A stretch of 64,000 nucleotides of DNA. Origin: Octopus bimaculoides. Taxonomy: Eukaryota. The notes beneath the pieces are model-generated. The model ran no database searches. It was not told the origin of the DNA and saw only the letters and a program-made list of their open reading frames with translations. The position numbers and the translations under genes were made by a program. The stretch lies in assembly GCF_001194135.2 (NCBI RefSeq), contig NC_068989.1:69867073-69931072 (forward strand), given 5' to 3'. Positions 13,635 to 26,775 of the stretch are shown piece by piece. Every line of letters begins with the position of its first letter. The first letter of the stretch is position 1.

Positions 13635-13868
13635 TTAATGATTTTGCTATCTTACCACCCTATGAATAAATAATGATGATTACAATAAGGACTTTTTAGG
13701 AGCAGATGCTAAAATAATTTCTTGTTCAGTATCCTTCCTAAGTCAATTCATTTTTAAATAGTTTGGGCCAATTTCATTCTAGAAATGAAAGAATCCATTA
13801 TAGAAATTTTTGTATATTATTTGGATGACAACTGTCTTGAAATGAAATTTTTTAGCCAGGCATTTTAA

Positions 13869-14092
13869 CCTTTTGGATACCAACTCACCTGAAAGTGTTC
13901 TTTATTGTATGATACGAATTCCCTATTTGAAAGTGATCTAGATTAAAACTTTCAATCAAAATTTTATGTTGTTATATATTTCAAATACTTTCTCAATAAT
14001 GACTAAAGTTATCTTAATAAATTCTTGATTATTTTCAAAACTAATTGAAATAAAGGCAGTGCTTTTTCAATAGAAATATAGTAAGAAAAGGA
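13869..14092. mobile_element. piggyBac-type MITE family B (CCCTTTTGATACC.../...GTAACAAAAGGG)
   Basis: TTAA on both sides; homologous to 17603-17824, 19500-19990, 23768-24045, 39623-39844 and 54440-54771. Confidence 0.8.
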
Positions 14093-15012
14093 TTAAGATT
14101 TCAAGATTTTGTTTTAAGAATTCAGTTAGCTTTTCAGTTTTAATGTTTTACAAAAATCCTGTTTTACAGTTTAGTACTAACCTTCCAGTGACTGTCCTTT
14201 TACAATACAAACTTCCTGTTTTGAAGTGAGCCTTCCATTGAAATTTCATGTGAATTTATGTTCTAAGTACCATTTAATAATGACAAAATTATTTTACTAA
14301 ATTCTTCATTGTTTTCAAAATTTATTGAAATAAAGGCAGTATATTTCAACAGAAATATCGGAACAAAAGGGTCATCTTTTAGTAATATATACTGCCTCAT
14401 AAATGTCAATCTGCAATAAATTTGAATACTCCATGAAACATGAGGCTTATGAGGATGTGTAGTCTGTTGCAGTTAAAAATAAACTCTACCATAAAAGGTA
14501 GCGACAAGATATCTGTATCTCAGAGAATTTATTCAACTACTAACATGACAGCTCAGTATCCATCTTAAGTAAGTGAGAGCACTATCTCTTCACATGTGTC
14601 TATTATTTGAAGAATGTAGAATCACAACAGCATGTATACACTTAAGTTTTGATATATTTTTATGTAATTATGTTTGACTATTTAAGTAATGTTTCTTGTT
14701 TAAACCAATTTAAAATGAGATAAAATATTGTAAAGCACTTTAAACTAAAAATTGAAAAGTAGTCTACAGGATCAATTTATAGAATCTTGAGCAAATACAT
14801 GCCTCTTGTGCATGGTTTCTTTTACTATTTTTCCTTATTGTAGATCTATCCTGTATTTTATCATGTGCTTCAGTTATTAAACCATTTAAATAGTGCTTTA
14901 TGGCACAAAACTTTGATGATTTTTGACCAATAACCAATGAGGGATAAAAATGTCTCCGTCTTGTATGTAATTTTTCTGTGCATTTCTTCACTCATATATA
15001 TATATATAAATA

Positions 15013-15081
<69 letters not shown>

Positions 15082-15151
15082 CATATATATAAATAAATCA
15101 TGAGAGAGAGAGAGTACATGGAAAAAAGAACATTGAAGATGATAATGATAT

Positions 15152-15540
15152 ATTTTTTTACTTGGTCCAGCCATTTGACTGTGGCCTTGCTGGAGCACCA
15201 CCTCAAAAGGGTTTTTTTTTTTTTTAGTCAAACAAATTGAGCCCAGGATTTATTTCTTTAGCCTAGTATTTATTTTATCAGTCTTTTTTTTTTTGCCGAA
15301 CTGCTACATTACAGTGACGTAAACATACCAACACAAGTGTTGGTGGGGGAGCAGACACAGTGACACACGCACATTCATGACAGGCTTCTTTCCATTTCTA
15401 TCTACCAAATCCACTCACAAGGCTTTGGTTAACTTGAGGCTATAGAAGAAGACATTTGTCTATGGTACCATACAGTGGGACTGAACTTGGAACTATGTGG
15501 TTGGGAAGCAAGTTTCTTATCATACAGCTATGCCTGCACG
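15152..15540 (-). mobile_element. SINE family 1, tail type A
   Basis: catttgactgtggcc...gaactgcta...gtaaacatacc...ggcttctttc...cacaaggctttgg...cagctatgcctgcac. Confidence 0.85.
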
Positions 15541-16157
15541 TATTATATATAATTTCATAATAGCCAATGTAAATGTATGTTGAATAGCCAATATAAATGT
15601 ATAAGATGTGCTGGATGAGTGCACATACTAGGCTTGATTGCAGGCAATGAGTAAAGAAACACTAACCACATGCGTTGAGAGTAAAAGAATCATAGACAGT
15701 TGAGGAGGAGGAGAGGGAATAAATGATACAGTAGGTATAGGAGAATTTATACAAATGTATGAATTTGAAAGGGGCTCTTCAGCACTGGAATCTGCAAGAA
15801 CGTACTATCTTTGGAAATAGAGCATTAAGTGTCTGGACATACCAGTAATGGTTTAACCAGTTTTACTTGGGGAAAGTTTTCTTTCGAAGAGGCTTTCTCA
15901 ATTTGATGGCTAAGTTTTGTCAATTTTGTGCTTCTGGAAACCACAGTTGAGGAAAATACAAAGCTCGCTGCACAAGTATTAGCAAAACAGTTCAATTCAA
16001 GTCACACTTCAATCATAAAAATACCTCCTTGAACTAGGAAAAGTGTCTAAATTTAGTCAGTAGGTTCCTTCATCATCTAACTACTTCCCAACTTAATCAA
16101 GGAATTGCCCTCTGCTCATAATTGAAAAGCAGACTTGCTACAAGAATTTCTTTTCAG

Positions 16158-16210
<53 letters not shown>

Positions 16211-16370
16211 AGAGAGAGAGAGAAAAAACCTTCTACTACAAGAATCCCATTGCTTTATGTGGACACCTTTAAAAGAAAGCACTATATTGTAGCCTACTAT
16301 AGAACTTGTATCTGATTATTATTATTATTATTATTATTGTGATTTTAATGAAATATTGGTTTAATTACAG

Positions 16371-16495
16371 GTGTTACAAGACATGTTGGTGATGCCATCA
16401 GTGATCTCACTACCAAAGCTAAGAACAAAGTTGTGGCTATTGGAATTGCATCATGGGGAATTGTTGAGAACAAAGAATTATTAATTGGCAGTGAT
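16371..16495 (+). CDS. TRPM: TRPM exon 2 of window (G-VTRHVGDA...[14 protein letters not shown])
   Basis: Acceptor ttacag at 16365-16370; donor GAT|gtatgt at 16496; 125 nt, phase 1 to 0. [41 protein letters not shown] matches TRPM HVGDA...IGIApWG. Not present in the ORF track. Confidence 0.96.
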
Positions 16496-17602
16496 GTATG
16501 TCATTTATTTTATTCCTTTCACAAAGAATTTGAATTTTTAAAAACAAAAAAAGGCTTTAATTTTCCAAATTATTATATTTAGTCTCTTATAAAAGAATGA
16601 AATTCTAACTCATTGTTAAAATATTTTGTTCAATTTTTTTTTTAAATTGACATGTTATGGTTGTTTTATATTACTTTTGAAAGACCCTGTAGCACATATG
16701 TATAGATTTCATAACAGCACAAATAGATATTGTGCTTTATACATTCTGCTGTTTTCATTCTCTTAGATTTAATTACAGAGCTTAAATAGATTTCATGTTA
16801 AATTTGATTTTAATACAACTGGAGAAGCAAAGTTGGATAATCAGCTTACTGATTGTAGAAATAAACTGAAAACTGATTTTCTTTTAGTTGAACATTTCTT
16901 TAATTAATTAATTGTTATATTATTCAACTAAGTGAAAAACTACTAAGAGTATATGCTGTGTAGAAAAGTTATCATTTTAATGTCTTCTTTTTCCATACTT
17001 CTATGGGTGAGTCTGATTTTTGTTGAGACTGACTTTCTACTGCATAGTACCCTTTTTTTTATTGCTAACCCTTACTTGTTTCCAAGCAAGGTAATATTTA
17101 CTTATGACTAGCCGTATTATTCCAGGAGACTGAAATTGGATAAGACAACTTGTATGACACTGACACTTATTTACAACTCCCACACAATGTCAATACAATA
17201 ACACACACAGCAATCTTCTTTCAGGTTCCATCAACCAAATCCATTCACAAAGCCTTGATTGGATGAGGGTTGCAGTATAAGTAATTTGTCCTTGATACCA
17301 TGCAGTAGGATTGAACGTGAAACCATATGCTTGTGGAGCAAACTTCTTAACCACACAACCAGTGAAATTTAATATGATTCCTAGAATAGATAGATGAGTA
17401 CATTATCTTCAGAAGGAATCGTGCCGTACCAAATTCATAGATGTAGTTTAAGAGAAGTTGATGTAGCTTATGTTTATATATATATTTTTTTCTAACTGGG
17501 AAAGAGACAGTGAAATTGCTTGCCATTGGAAAGACTCTTTTGAAGTAAATTTGACAGGTTCAGGCAAGTTTTATACAGCAAATAAAATAAGACAAATATT
17601 AA

Positions 17603-17824
17603 TCCTTTTGTTACAATATTTCTGTTTAAATACACTGCCTTTCTTTTAATTATTTTTGAAAATAGGAAGAATTCATTAAAATAACTTTGTCATTATTAAG
17701 TTGATGTTTGGAACATAAACTAAACTGAAATTTTGAAGGTCGATTTTAATTTAGGTTCTTTTAAAATAGGAAGTTTGCATCAGAGAACCAGGGGCAGTCT
17801 TGGGTTGGTTGGCACCAAAAGGGG
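17603..17824. mobile_element. piggyBac-type MITE family B
   Basis: ttaa|tccttttgttac ... ggcaccaaaagggg|ttaa. Confidence 0.8.
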
Positions 17825-19262
17825 TTAACATGGACTGGGAAAGAAAACAAGAAATTTTTGGTTAATTTATTGGAAAGAAATTGGCTGGGTATCGTAGCAT
17901 GCATGTACAATATTGCATCAGTGATAGAGTAAGAACAAAAAGAAAAGAGAGAGAATCAAAGTTTGTGTGTATTTATCAAATAATTTAGAAGAATGAGAGC
18001 AAATATTATATATCTAGTTGACTGAACCTAATAATTATGATTGCATGCTGAACTGATACAGTCAACTTGATCTTGCATGTAGTTGTACTCCCAGCTGGTT
18101 AACCAACTAATTTCTGGGCATGTGCTTTGCATGTAAAGGAAAAAAAGCTAGGATTTTCCAAGATGGAGAACAACACAATAGTTAAAATCAGAATGTGAAA
18201 GCATGAATGTATATTTCTTCACAAAAGTGTGGTCAAAATATCAAACAGCAGTGAAGCTGTTTCAGTTTTAGCTTAACTTAGCTAGAAAATATATTGAACA
18301 TGATTCATTATCATCATTGTTTTAATGTCTATGATGAGGAGGAGGAGGAGGAAAAGGAGAATTTTCCATGCTCACATGGGCCAGGGAAAAGTATGTTGAG
18401 ACAATGTTCTACACCTGCCACCCCCACCCCTATTCTCATGTGAGATAATAGTCTCTTAGTATTTACAAACACGAAACAGCCTGGACATGTTTATGTAGAG
18501 AATTGGAAACAAACAACGCCTTTTGTTTTACAAAAATTGCACAATATATAAAGACTTGTCATAAAGCTCTGAAATGCTTTCACAATAGACTACAAGCAAA
18601 CAACATCATTGGCAAAGCCATTGTTTACAACAAATGAACAAACATGAAAACATACACACACACACTGAACTTCCTTCACTTCCCGTCTATTAATCCATTC
18701 ACAAGGCTTTAACTATCCTGGGGCTATCATAGAAAACACTAGCCCAAAGTGCCCCACAGTAGGACTGAACTTGAAGCCACTTGATTGGGAAGCAAACTTC
18801 TAAGTCCATTTTAGATTTCATTTGACTAATTTAAATACAAATAACTACATTAAAACTAAGCTACATTTTATTTGAAATGTACTCTTATGCTGTGTGTTTT
18901 ATAAGGTAACTTGATCTAAAAGTCAGCAATTGATTTTAACAGATGCAGTGAAGTAATATTGATCTTGACATCTAAACTTTCTTTAAAAGTTTCAGTTATT
19001 GACTTTAAACAGGCTTATTTCCTTACACTGTTCATTTAATAAGTCACAGCAATTGAATTTAATTTAACTGTATTTTGAGAAGTTGTTAAACTTTATCAAA
19101 TATTGAGTTTTGATTTCTGTCAATCATTGGAATAAACTTCATTCCTATATTCCTTTTTTTCTTGTAAGTTTCCATATATTTTAGAAGAGGGAGGTGAACA
19201 ACATAGACAGAGCATAGTAATTTTAAAGTGTTTGAAGTTAATATTAAGTTTTCATGTCATAA

Positions 19263-19477
19263 CCCTTTAGCATTTAACCTGGCCCTATCCAATTAGAATA
19301 TTCTATTTGTTTTATGTTTAAACTGGCCAAACGCAGTCCCTTACACATACCCTACAATGTCATACTAAAAGTAAACAATCTCTAAATCAAAATCTCAACA
19401 AGATAATGCGTGATTAATTCAAAACAATGTGAATAAATAAGCATTACATATAACAGAATAATCTGAATGCTAAAGGG
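19263..19477. mobile_element. piggyBac-type MITE family A
   Basis: ccctttagcattt ... gaatgctaaaggg; 215 bp; followed by a cluster of family B copies at 19500-19990. Confidence 0.85.
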
Positions 19478-20729
19478 TTATGTAATAATATAAAGACTTA
19501 CCCTTTTGATATTAATCTACCTGACGCTGCCCCAGATGTATGTTAGAAACCTGTTTTAAATTGATCTAACTTTTAAAAAAATATTCAAAAATTTCATATA
19601 ATTTGTTTTGAACATCAGCTTAATGAGAATGAAATTATTTTACTAAATTCCTCATTATTGTCAAAAATAATTGAAACAAAGGCAGTGTATTTCAACAGAA
19701 GTTTGGTAATAAAATATTAGCTCTTTTGATACCAACTCACCTGAGGCTGATCCTGGTTCTGTGATACAAACTTCCTAACTTAACCCTTTTTAATCAAACC
19801 CACTTGTGACCGACCCCTGGTTCTATGATACAGATTTCTTGTTTTAAACTAATCAAAATTTAAACCTTCCACCCAAATTTTGCTAAATCATGTTCCAAAC
19901 ACCAACTTAATAATTTACGTTACTAAATTCTTCATTATTTCTAAAATTAACTGAAACAAAGTTTATGCATTTTAATAGCAATATCTTCACATAATCGTTA
20001 AAGGTAACTATGCTGCTATTAATGTCATCCCAACCATTATTGTAATCATTACTACTCTAACTTGTATTTTGAGTATTTTCCATAAATCCAAGGATTCTAC
20101 AAGGTTTTCTACCCATCTCTTAGTTACCCTTATTAAGCACTACTTCCACCACCTAACACTCCACTCTCATCTTAGATTAACACCAATTAAATAGCTTTTC
20201 CTGAAAGCAACAGCTGCTATCTTGAAATCTCTATAGTGTAATATATTCATTGAAACTGAGTTTGTCTTTTGAATTTATGTATATTACACATCCAACAAGT
20301 GAAATTCATCTCATTCTTATGTCCCCTGTGCAGATTGCTTTTAAAAGCACACTTCCAGAACTATATAGTACAACTTCTGTCTTTGTTGTTAAAGGGGCAG
20401 ATGTTCTTTGAATATTTTATCTTGCAATATAATTAATAATATAATAAATCAAAGATAAACTCTGCAGTTTCATTCTGTACTGTGACCAGGTAGTAAATTT
20501 GTTTTAGTTTAGTTATTGAAATGTATAGCTATTGAAGCTTTTATGCATAAAATGAGCCAAAATTCTGGATTCATAGGATTTTTTCCTTATATATGTATTC
20601 TTTTGATGTAAGAATTATGGTTTGGGAGAGGGTATTTGATGAAAGATTAGTAGGTCCAAATAGTTTTCGCAATAGTGTCTTATAGGAGAGCAACATCCAT
20701 ATTCTATAACCCTTTCTCATGCCTATAGT

Positions 20730-21520
20730 GTAGTCATGGCTGTGTGGTTAAAAAGTTTGTGGCACAACTATATAGTTTTGGGTTCAGTTCAATTGCGTGC
20801 CACCTTGGGTAGATGTCTTTTACTCTTGCCCCAAGCTATCCATTATTTGTGGGTGAATTTGGGAAATGGAATCTATATTAAAGTTGTTTGTGTGCACTGT
20901 TTGAGTGAAGCTCATGTTGACACTTTTTGTTGATGTCACAGCAGGTTACTCTGTGCTTTGAAAGACCTTTGGAATATATAAATTCCTTACTTAAAAACTA
21001 GGTACGGGTTGGTGACAGGAAAAGCATCTGACTGTAAAACCCTAATCGAAATTAATTTCTGTCCAAGTTATGCTTGCATAGTAAAACAGATGTTAAACCA
21101 ATGAATGAATGAGCAGAATTGATGGTCCTAGATGGTTCTAGATTTTAAAATACATTCTGATAGGCATAGGTATGAAGTGAAAAAGTTTGCCTCTCAACCT
21201 GATGGTTTTGGGTTCAGTTCCAGTGTGATCTTGGGTACGTGTATTCTACTATAGCCCAAAGCCTTGTGTGTGTGTGTGCATGTGTGTATCTTGACATCAT
21301 GTAGTAGTTGTAAATGAGTGTCACTGTCTTACAACTGGTGCCATTTGTTTGCAATCTTCAGTGAAAAAATGTCTAGTCATGGGGAAATATTACCATGCTT
21401 GGAAACAGGTAAGGATGGATCACAGAAAGGGTATCAGGCCATAGAAAAATTGCTTAAACAAATTCCATCTGATCTACGCAAGCATGGAAAAGTAGAAGCT
21501 AAAATGATGATGATGATATT
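20730..21520 (+). mobile_element. Two tandem SINE family 1 copies with tail B (about 20730-21085 and 21165-21520)
   Basis: Head ggctgtgtggttaaaaag...gggttcagttc; tail catggggaaatattaccatgcttggaaacagg...aagcatggaaaag...atgatgatg. Confidence 0.8.
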
Positions 21521-21984
21521 TGTATAATTATGTCAATTAATTTTGCTATAACATTTGATAAGGGCAACTAATGTCATAATTCAATTACATATGAAATTGT
21601 TACATATCAATTGAAAAAGAATAACTTTTCTTTTAATTACAGAAATTCATCTTGAATTACATCTTTGGAATTTTGCATATTATACTTAACTATATGCCTA
21701 TATAGAATCAATTTCATTTTAAATGTTTCTCTTCTTTCTGAAGGTTGAAGATAATAAAAAAAAAAAATTTAACTATTTCAGCTAACATTCCTTCAATTTA
21801 TTTATGATTATGCAAGCTCTTGTTATTTAATATCACTCATGATTTTTAAGTTTATAATGATTGAATATATACTTGTAAAGTAAGTCAATTGTTTAATACC
21901 ATTCTCAATCAACTCCTTTACCACTATTTTATTAAATTCCTTAATGACTACCTGAGGACAGCATATAATAATAATAATAATGAT

Positions 21985-22590
21985 AATAATCCTTTCTACT
22001 TAAGGCACAAGGCCTGGAATTTTGTGGGAGGGAACTAGTAAATTAAATCGATCCCAGTGTTTCAGTGGTACTTAATTTATTGACCCCGAAAGGATGAAAG
22101 GCTAATTTGATCTCAGCAGAATTTGAACTAAGAACGTAAAGACAGATGAAATACCACTAAGCATTTCATCCAACATGCTAATGATTCTGCCATCTCATCA
22201 CCTTAATAATAAGGATAATAATGATCCTTTCTACTAAAGGCACAAGGCCTGAAATTTTTTGTGGTGAGATGTAAGTTAGTTACATCGACCCCTGTACTTG
22301 ACTGGTTGATAATTTGTCAACACTGATAGGATGAAAGGCAAAGTCAACCTTGGTGGAATCTGAACATGGAATGTAAAGACGGATCATATGCCACTAAGCA
22401 TGCTGACATTTCTGAGAGCTTGGTGCCTTAAGTACATTTATCAATCCCAGTATTTGATTGGTACTTTATCAACTCTAGAAAGATGAAAAGCAAAGTTTAC
22501 CTCAGCAGCATTTGAATTCAGAAGTAAGAGAGAGTAACTAAATATAACAAAACATTTTGTGAAATGCTCTAAGATTCTGCCAATCTACAG
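21985..22590 (-). mobile_element. Three head-to-tail copies of tRNA-headed SINE family 2
   Basis: Each is the reverse complement of gctggcagaa...gagttcaaattctgc...gcctttcatcctttcggggtc...aagtacc; the first two end in an (ATT)n-like tail. Confidence 0.8.
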
Positions 22591-23767
22591 ACCAATCATG
22601 CATGGTAATACTGAAAAGAAGAAAGTTAACATTAATATTTGAAAAGTGGATATAATGACGTCAATTTTTTTTTTTCAGTTTCGTGTTTCACTGACATTTT
22701 AATCTTGAAATATTTATTAGAATTTCTCAGGTTTTCCACTTCTCCTGATCATAGGCCTTTTTTAGTAAGCAACCTCTTTGTCTGGTTATCACATCATGTT
22801 TGAACCTCTTGTTCCATATTTCTGTTGAAAAACACTGCTTTTTTTTTTTTTTCTATTAATTTTTAAGATAATGAAGAATTTAGAAAAAGTAACTTTGTCA
22901 TTATTTATCTGGTGTTTGAAACATAACATGAAATTTTAATGGGAGGTTTTAATTCAGATCACTTTAAAACAGGAAGTTTGCATCAGAGAACTAGAGGTGA
23001 TCTCAATGTAAGAAAAATCAAATGCTGTGATTGAATCAGCAACTATTTATTACTACAGTGCTGGAAACAAATATGAAGTTGATAACTTGTGAAACAAATA
23101 AATAACACCTCACTTGAAAATTTTGGGCTGTCACATCAATGTATTAGACAAAGTTCCTTTTGAAAAAGTGTTTGTTGAATGCATCATTTAATTTATTCAC
23201 ATAGCCCTTAGAGTAAGCAATGAAAATAATAAAAAATTTCTCTATAAATAGTTGTAGTTTTTACTTGACTTGATTAAGCACTGTTTTCAACTATTAATCT
23301 CCCTTCAGAATTTATTTTCCGAAATAATTTCCTAACTTACATGTGTATTCATTGATGCGGAGAATGTACAAAGGCTAGAAAGTACTGAGGTGAGCATGCT
23401 CTGCTGCATGTGTAATGTTAGTGTGAGTGAGCAACAAAGCACAAATGAACTGAGAGGAAAACTGTGTAATGTGGTGTGTACAAGAAAAGATTGCGCTGAT
23501 ATGGACATGTGATGCATATGACAGATAAACAAGAACCAAACACTCCAAGAGGAGGAAAGGAAACCTGTGGAAGAGAAAGAAATGGTGATGACTGATCTAA
23601 AAATACTAAAACATTACAAAAAAAGATGATAGTAATATGTGGCAACACACTGTATGAGAGAAAATCTATCCAAGTATGGAAAAACATGCATGAAATGATG
23701 GTGATATAAAATGCCACAACTTTGCTAGCTTAACCGGTTTTTTCCATTCAGTTTTTGATGCATTTAA

Positions 23768-24045
23768 CCCTTTTGATACCAGCCTGCCTGAGTCCACCCA
23801 TGGTTCTATGATACAAACTTCCTCTTTTAAAGTGTTCAAAATTAAAATCTTCCACTAAAATTTTGTGTTAATTTAGTTTAATAATGACAAAGTTACTTTT
23901 CTAAATCTGTTATTTTCAAAATTTATTGAAACAAAAACAGTATATTTTTTGTCCTCATCTTGTTTGCTGCTAACACAATGTTTCGGCTGATATACCTTCC
24001 AGCCTTCATCAATATATTTCAACAGAAATATGGTAACAGAATGTT
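23768..24045. mobile_element. piggyBac-type MITE family B carrying a ~65-bp hammerhead-element insert
   Basis: ttaa|cccttttgatacc start; insert 23947-24011 is homologous (antisense) to 59622-59685. Confidence 0.75.
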
Positions 24046-24154
24046 TACTTTTTTCCTGTTTTTACCAACAAGTGTTTCTTTTGCTGCTAAGGAAATGATA
24101 TCTTCTGATTTTTCTTTCTTTTTTTTTTTAAATATTATTTGATTTATTTTTCAG

Positions 24155-24326
24155 AAAATTGTTCCTTATCATTGTGTATCATCCCCTAAAACCAACTGTG
24201 CCGTTCTGAATAGTAATCATTCGTACTTCCTCCTCATTGACAATGGGACTGTGGGCAAATATGGTGGCGAAATTTTATTGCGGAAAAAGTTAGAGAAGTA
24301 CATCAGCCAGCAGAAGATATGCATAA
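24155..24326 (+). CDS. TRPM: TRPM exon 3 of window (KIVPYH...LNSNHSYFLLIDNGTVGKYGGE...QKICI)
   Basis: Acceptor tttttcag ending at 24154; donor A|gtacat at 24327 (weak, but the only nearby GT that keeps frame with the next exon); 172 nt, phase 0 to 1. Contains the conserved LNxxHSxFiLxDNGTxGKYGxE motif. Confidence 0.94.
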
Positions 24327-24429
24327 GTACATAAACATTGTTTTCTATTCAAATCCAATATTGTACAATTTACTTTATCACCAAATTATGATACTTAATT
24401 ACTGTGATTATTTTCAAGCTGTTAATCAT

Positions 24430-24782
24430 ACAAGAAAGTAATATTCCGAATACAGTACAGCCATGAAAACAGCAGAAAGATTGGATATTTTACCCTTATA
24501 AGACAGAAAAAGTTGACGATGCTTCCAACAACTAAAAAGACTTTCTTTGCTATATGTTGTTGCATTCCAAAAAAGGCTATGATATTTAGCGTTTGATTTG
24601 ACGGAGATTGTTGTCAGTTGGGAGTTTTAACTTAATGGTGGAGTACTCAGCTGGTATCTGAGGGATGCAGGCTTGAGTCCCATGGCTGTCTGCTGACAAC
24701 TTTTTCCATCTTATAAGGGTAAAATATCCAATCTTTCTGCTGTTTTCACGATTATACTGCATTCAAAATAATACTTTCTTGT
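24430..24782. repeat. Foldback: 86-bp inverted arms (24430-24515 and 24697-24782) around a 181-bp loop containing a tRNA-like sequence
   Basis: A 40-bp core, tgaaaacagcagaaagattggatattttacccttataaga, is perfectly inverted; the rest of the arms differ at scattered sites. Confidence 0.92.
24620..24690 (+). pseudogene. tRNA-like sequence (pseudo-tRNA or SINE head), GGT (Thr-type) anticodon loop
   Basis: A-box-like ttaacttaatggtggag; perfect anticodon stem CTCAG/CTGAG with 7-nt loop CTGGTAT; B-box-like ggcttgagtcc; T and acceptor stems degenerate. Confidence 0.55.
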
Positions 24783-25089
24783 CTGTTTAATACAAAATAC
24801 ATTTGACACTTCTGTAAACAAAAAAAGTTGGTTTACAATATGTTGTTGCAAACCAAGCTATAATGCTTATTTATATATTGTGCTTATTTTAGAAGAATCT
24901 CTATTGTTTTTTTTATTCTTTCATTTGGTCTTTAGATCAATTTACTTGATAATATAAGTATTCCTTTGTATTTTGTGTCAGTATAATCTGGCAGATGTAG
25001 AATTCCACAATTTCATATGAGCTAATTTCCCCCTTGCAGTTTTGATATATTTGATAAAAAGTTCATGTTTACAGTGATCAAACGTTCAT

Positions 25090-25300
25090 GCTGTACATTA
25101 GCTTACTCCCTCCATTAAATCAACATTGTCTGAACAGGTACACTGTGTACCACATGCCAGGTGTTGAAGTGATCACAGAGCAACATGAGATGCAGTGTTT
25201 TGCTCAAGAATACAGCGCACCACCCAGTCTAGGAATTGAAATCACGAGCAGTAGATCATGAGTGCAACACCCTTACCACTCAGCCATGTGCCTTCACATA
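25090..25300 (-). mobile_element. tRNA-headed SINE family 3 (gtgaaggcgcatggc...tgtgttcttgagcaaaacact)
   Basis: Reverse-complement homologue of 59957-60210; A-box/B-box-like head followed by a ttgagcaaaacact central motif. Confidence 0.7.
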
Positions 25301-26469
25301 TATATAAATCATCCAATCCATGCTAGCTTGGAACATGGACATTAAATGAGGATGATGATGATGATGATGATATACAATAAGCTTTCCTTTCACAGTTTCT
25401 GTCTACTAAATTCACTCACAACATATTGGTTGACCCGGGGCTATAGTAGAAGGTGGTCCACAGAGGGACTGGACCCAAAGCCACATGAACGCAAAGCAAG
25501 CTTCTTAACCACACAGCCATTAGAGTGGGATTTATATATTTTTTTAAAAACATTTCCTCACCAAAAGTGAAGGATATTACCAACACCCTATGAAATAACC
25601 TGATTAAGAAAAGGTATGTGGCAGCAGGCAGTGGGCTGGCCTCATATTGGAGGATAATGAGCTAGATGGTAATATTAGTAAGAGAGAGAATATTTAAGAA
25701 GACTAAGAATTTTACTGAGGTGCATTCCTTGCAATGAAAGATTGGTAATGTAGGTGATGTGAAGTAAAGAGGCTGGCATATATTAACAATGCTGAGATGG
25801 ATGTGGGAATTAAACGGTTCTGAAGAGCAATTAAATATAGGTAATAAAAAGGATGTAACATCCCTATCACTTAAAAGAGAAGATTTATTGACTGAACATA
25901 TTGACTTTCTTTGAATGTGATCTTGGATAATGACTATAACACTTTGAACATAACAACAAACTTGTTATATAGTTTTCTAAAACAGAATGTAATAGTGGTG
26001 GAGGGGAGGGTGAGCAATTATTTTGCATGATTTGATGGTGTTGTTGTTGTTGTTGTTGTTGTTGCTGCTCTTGTTGTTATTTAGTTAAGTCAACATTGAT
26101 CTCTCAGACCTGTGATCAAAGGCACTCCTGCTATGCCTGGCTTTTCTTTTCAGAGGTTACTAGTACTACATGATCGAATACATCCATTTTTTTTTAATAT
26201 CTAAAATGGTTGGATTTTATTTTAAGTGTTTTGGCTGCCATTTCTAGCAGATCAAGTGACCACATCTTGACTACCTTGTTGATTTGTGTATGATTGGTGA
26301 AGGTGTTTGGAAAAAGAAAATTCATAAATTATTTCCCCACCCACTAATGTTTTCTTTAAAATTGCAATTTCAAGTGTATTTGGTAACCAGGATAGATGTA
26401 ATCTCATTATAAAAGAATCTTTCCATTTTAAATTCAAATTCTTGCTCTATTTTGACCTCCATTGATTCA

Positions 26470-26775
26470 TCATCATCATCATCATTGTTTAATTCCTAGT
26501 TTTGCATGCTTATAATATTTCTCCTCAAGCAAACATTTTCATGGAAGATTCAAAAAGAAGGACACCATTTTTATGATGGTGACATTTACTTACAATTATC
26601 ATATGATGTCAAGATAAGGATATATGTGTGTGATAAAAATCTTTCAGTTTCTGTCTACCAAATCCATTTATAAGGCTTTGATTAGCTATGGCTATAATAG
26701 AAGACACCTGCCCAAGGTGTCATGCAGTGAGACTGAACCTGGAACCATGTTGTTCAAAAGTGAACTTCTCTATCT
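26470..26775 (-). mobile_element. SINE family 1, tail type B
   Basis: (cat)n tail, tttacttacaattatcatatgatgtcaag module and head cacctgcccaaggtgtcatgcagtgagactgaacc. Confidence 0.8.

Noticed and set aside
24620-24690. Calling a functional tRNA-Thr gene
   Set aside because: The T-stem and acceptor stem are mispaired and the B box is mutated; kept only as tRNA-like.
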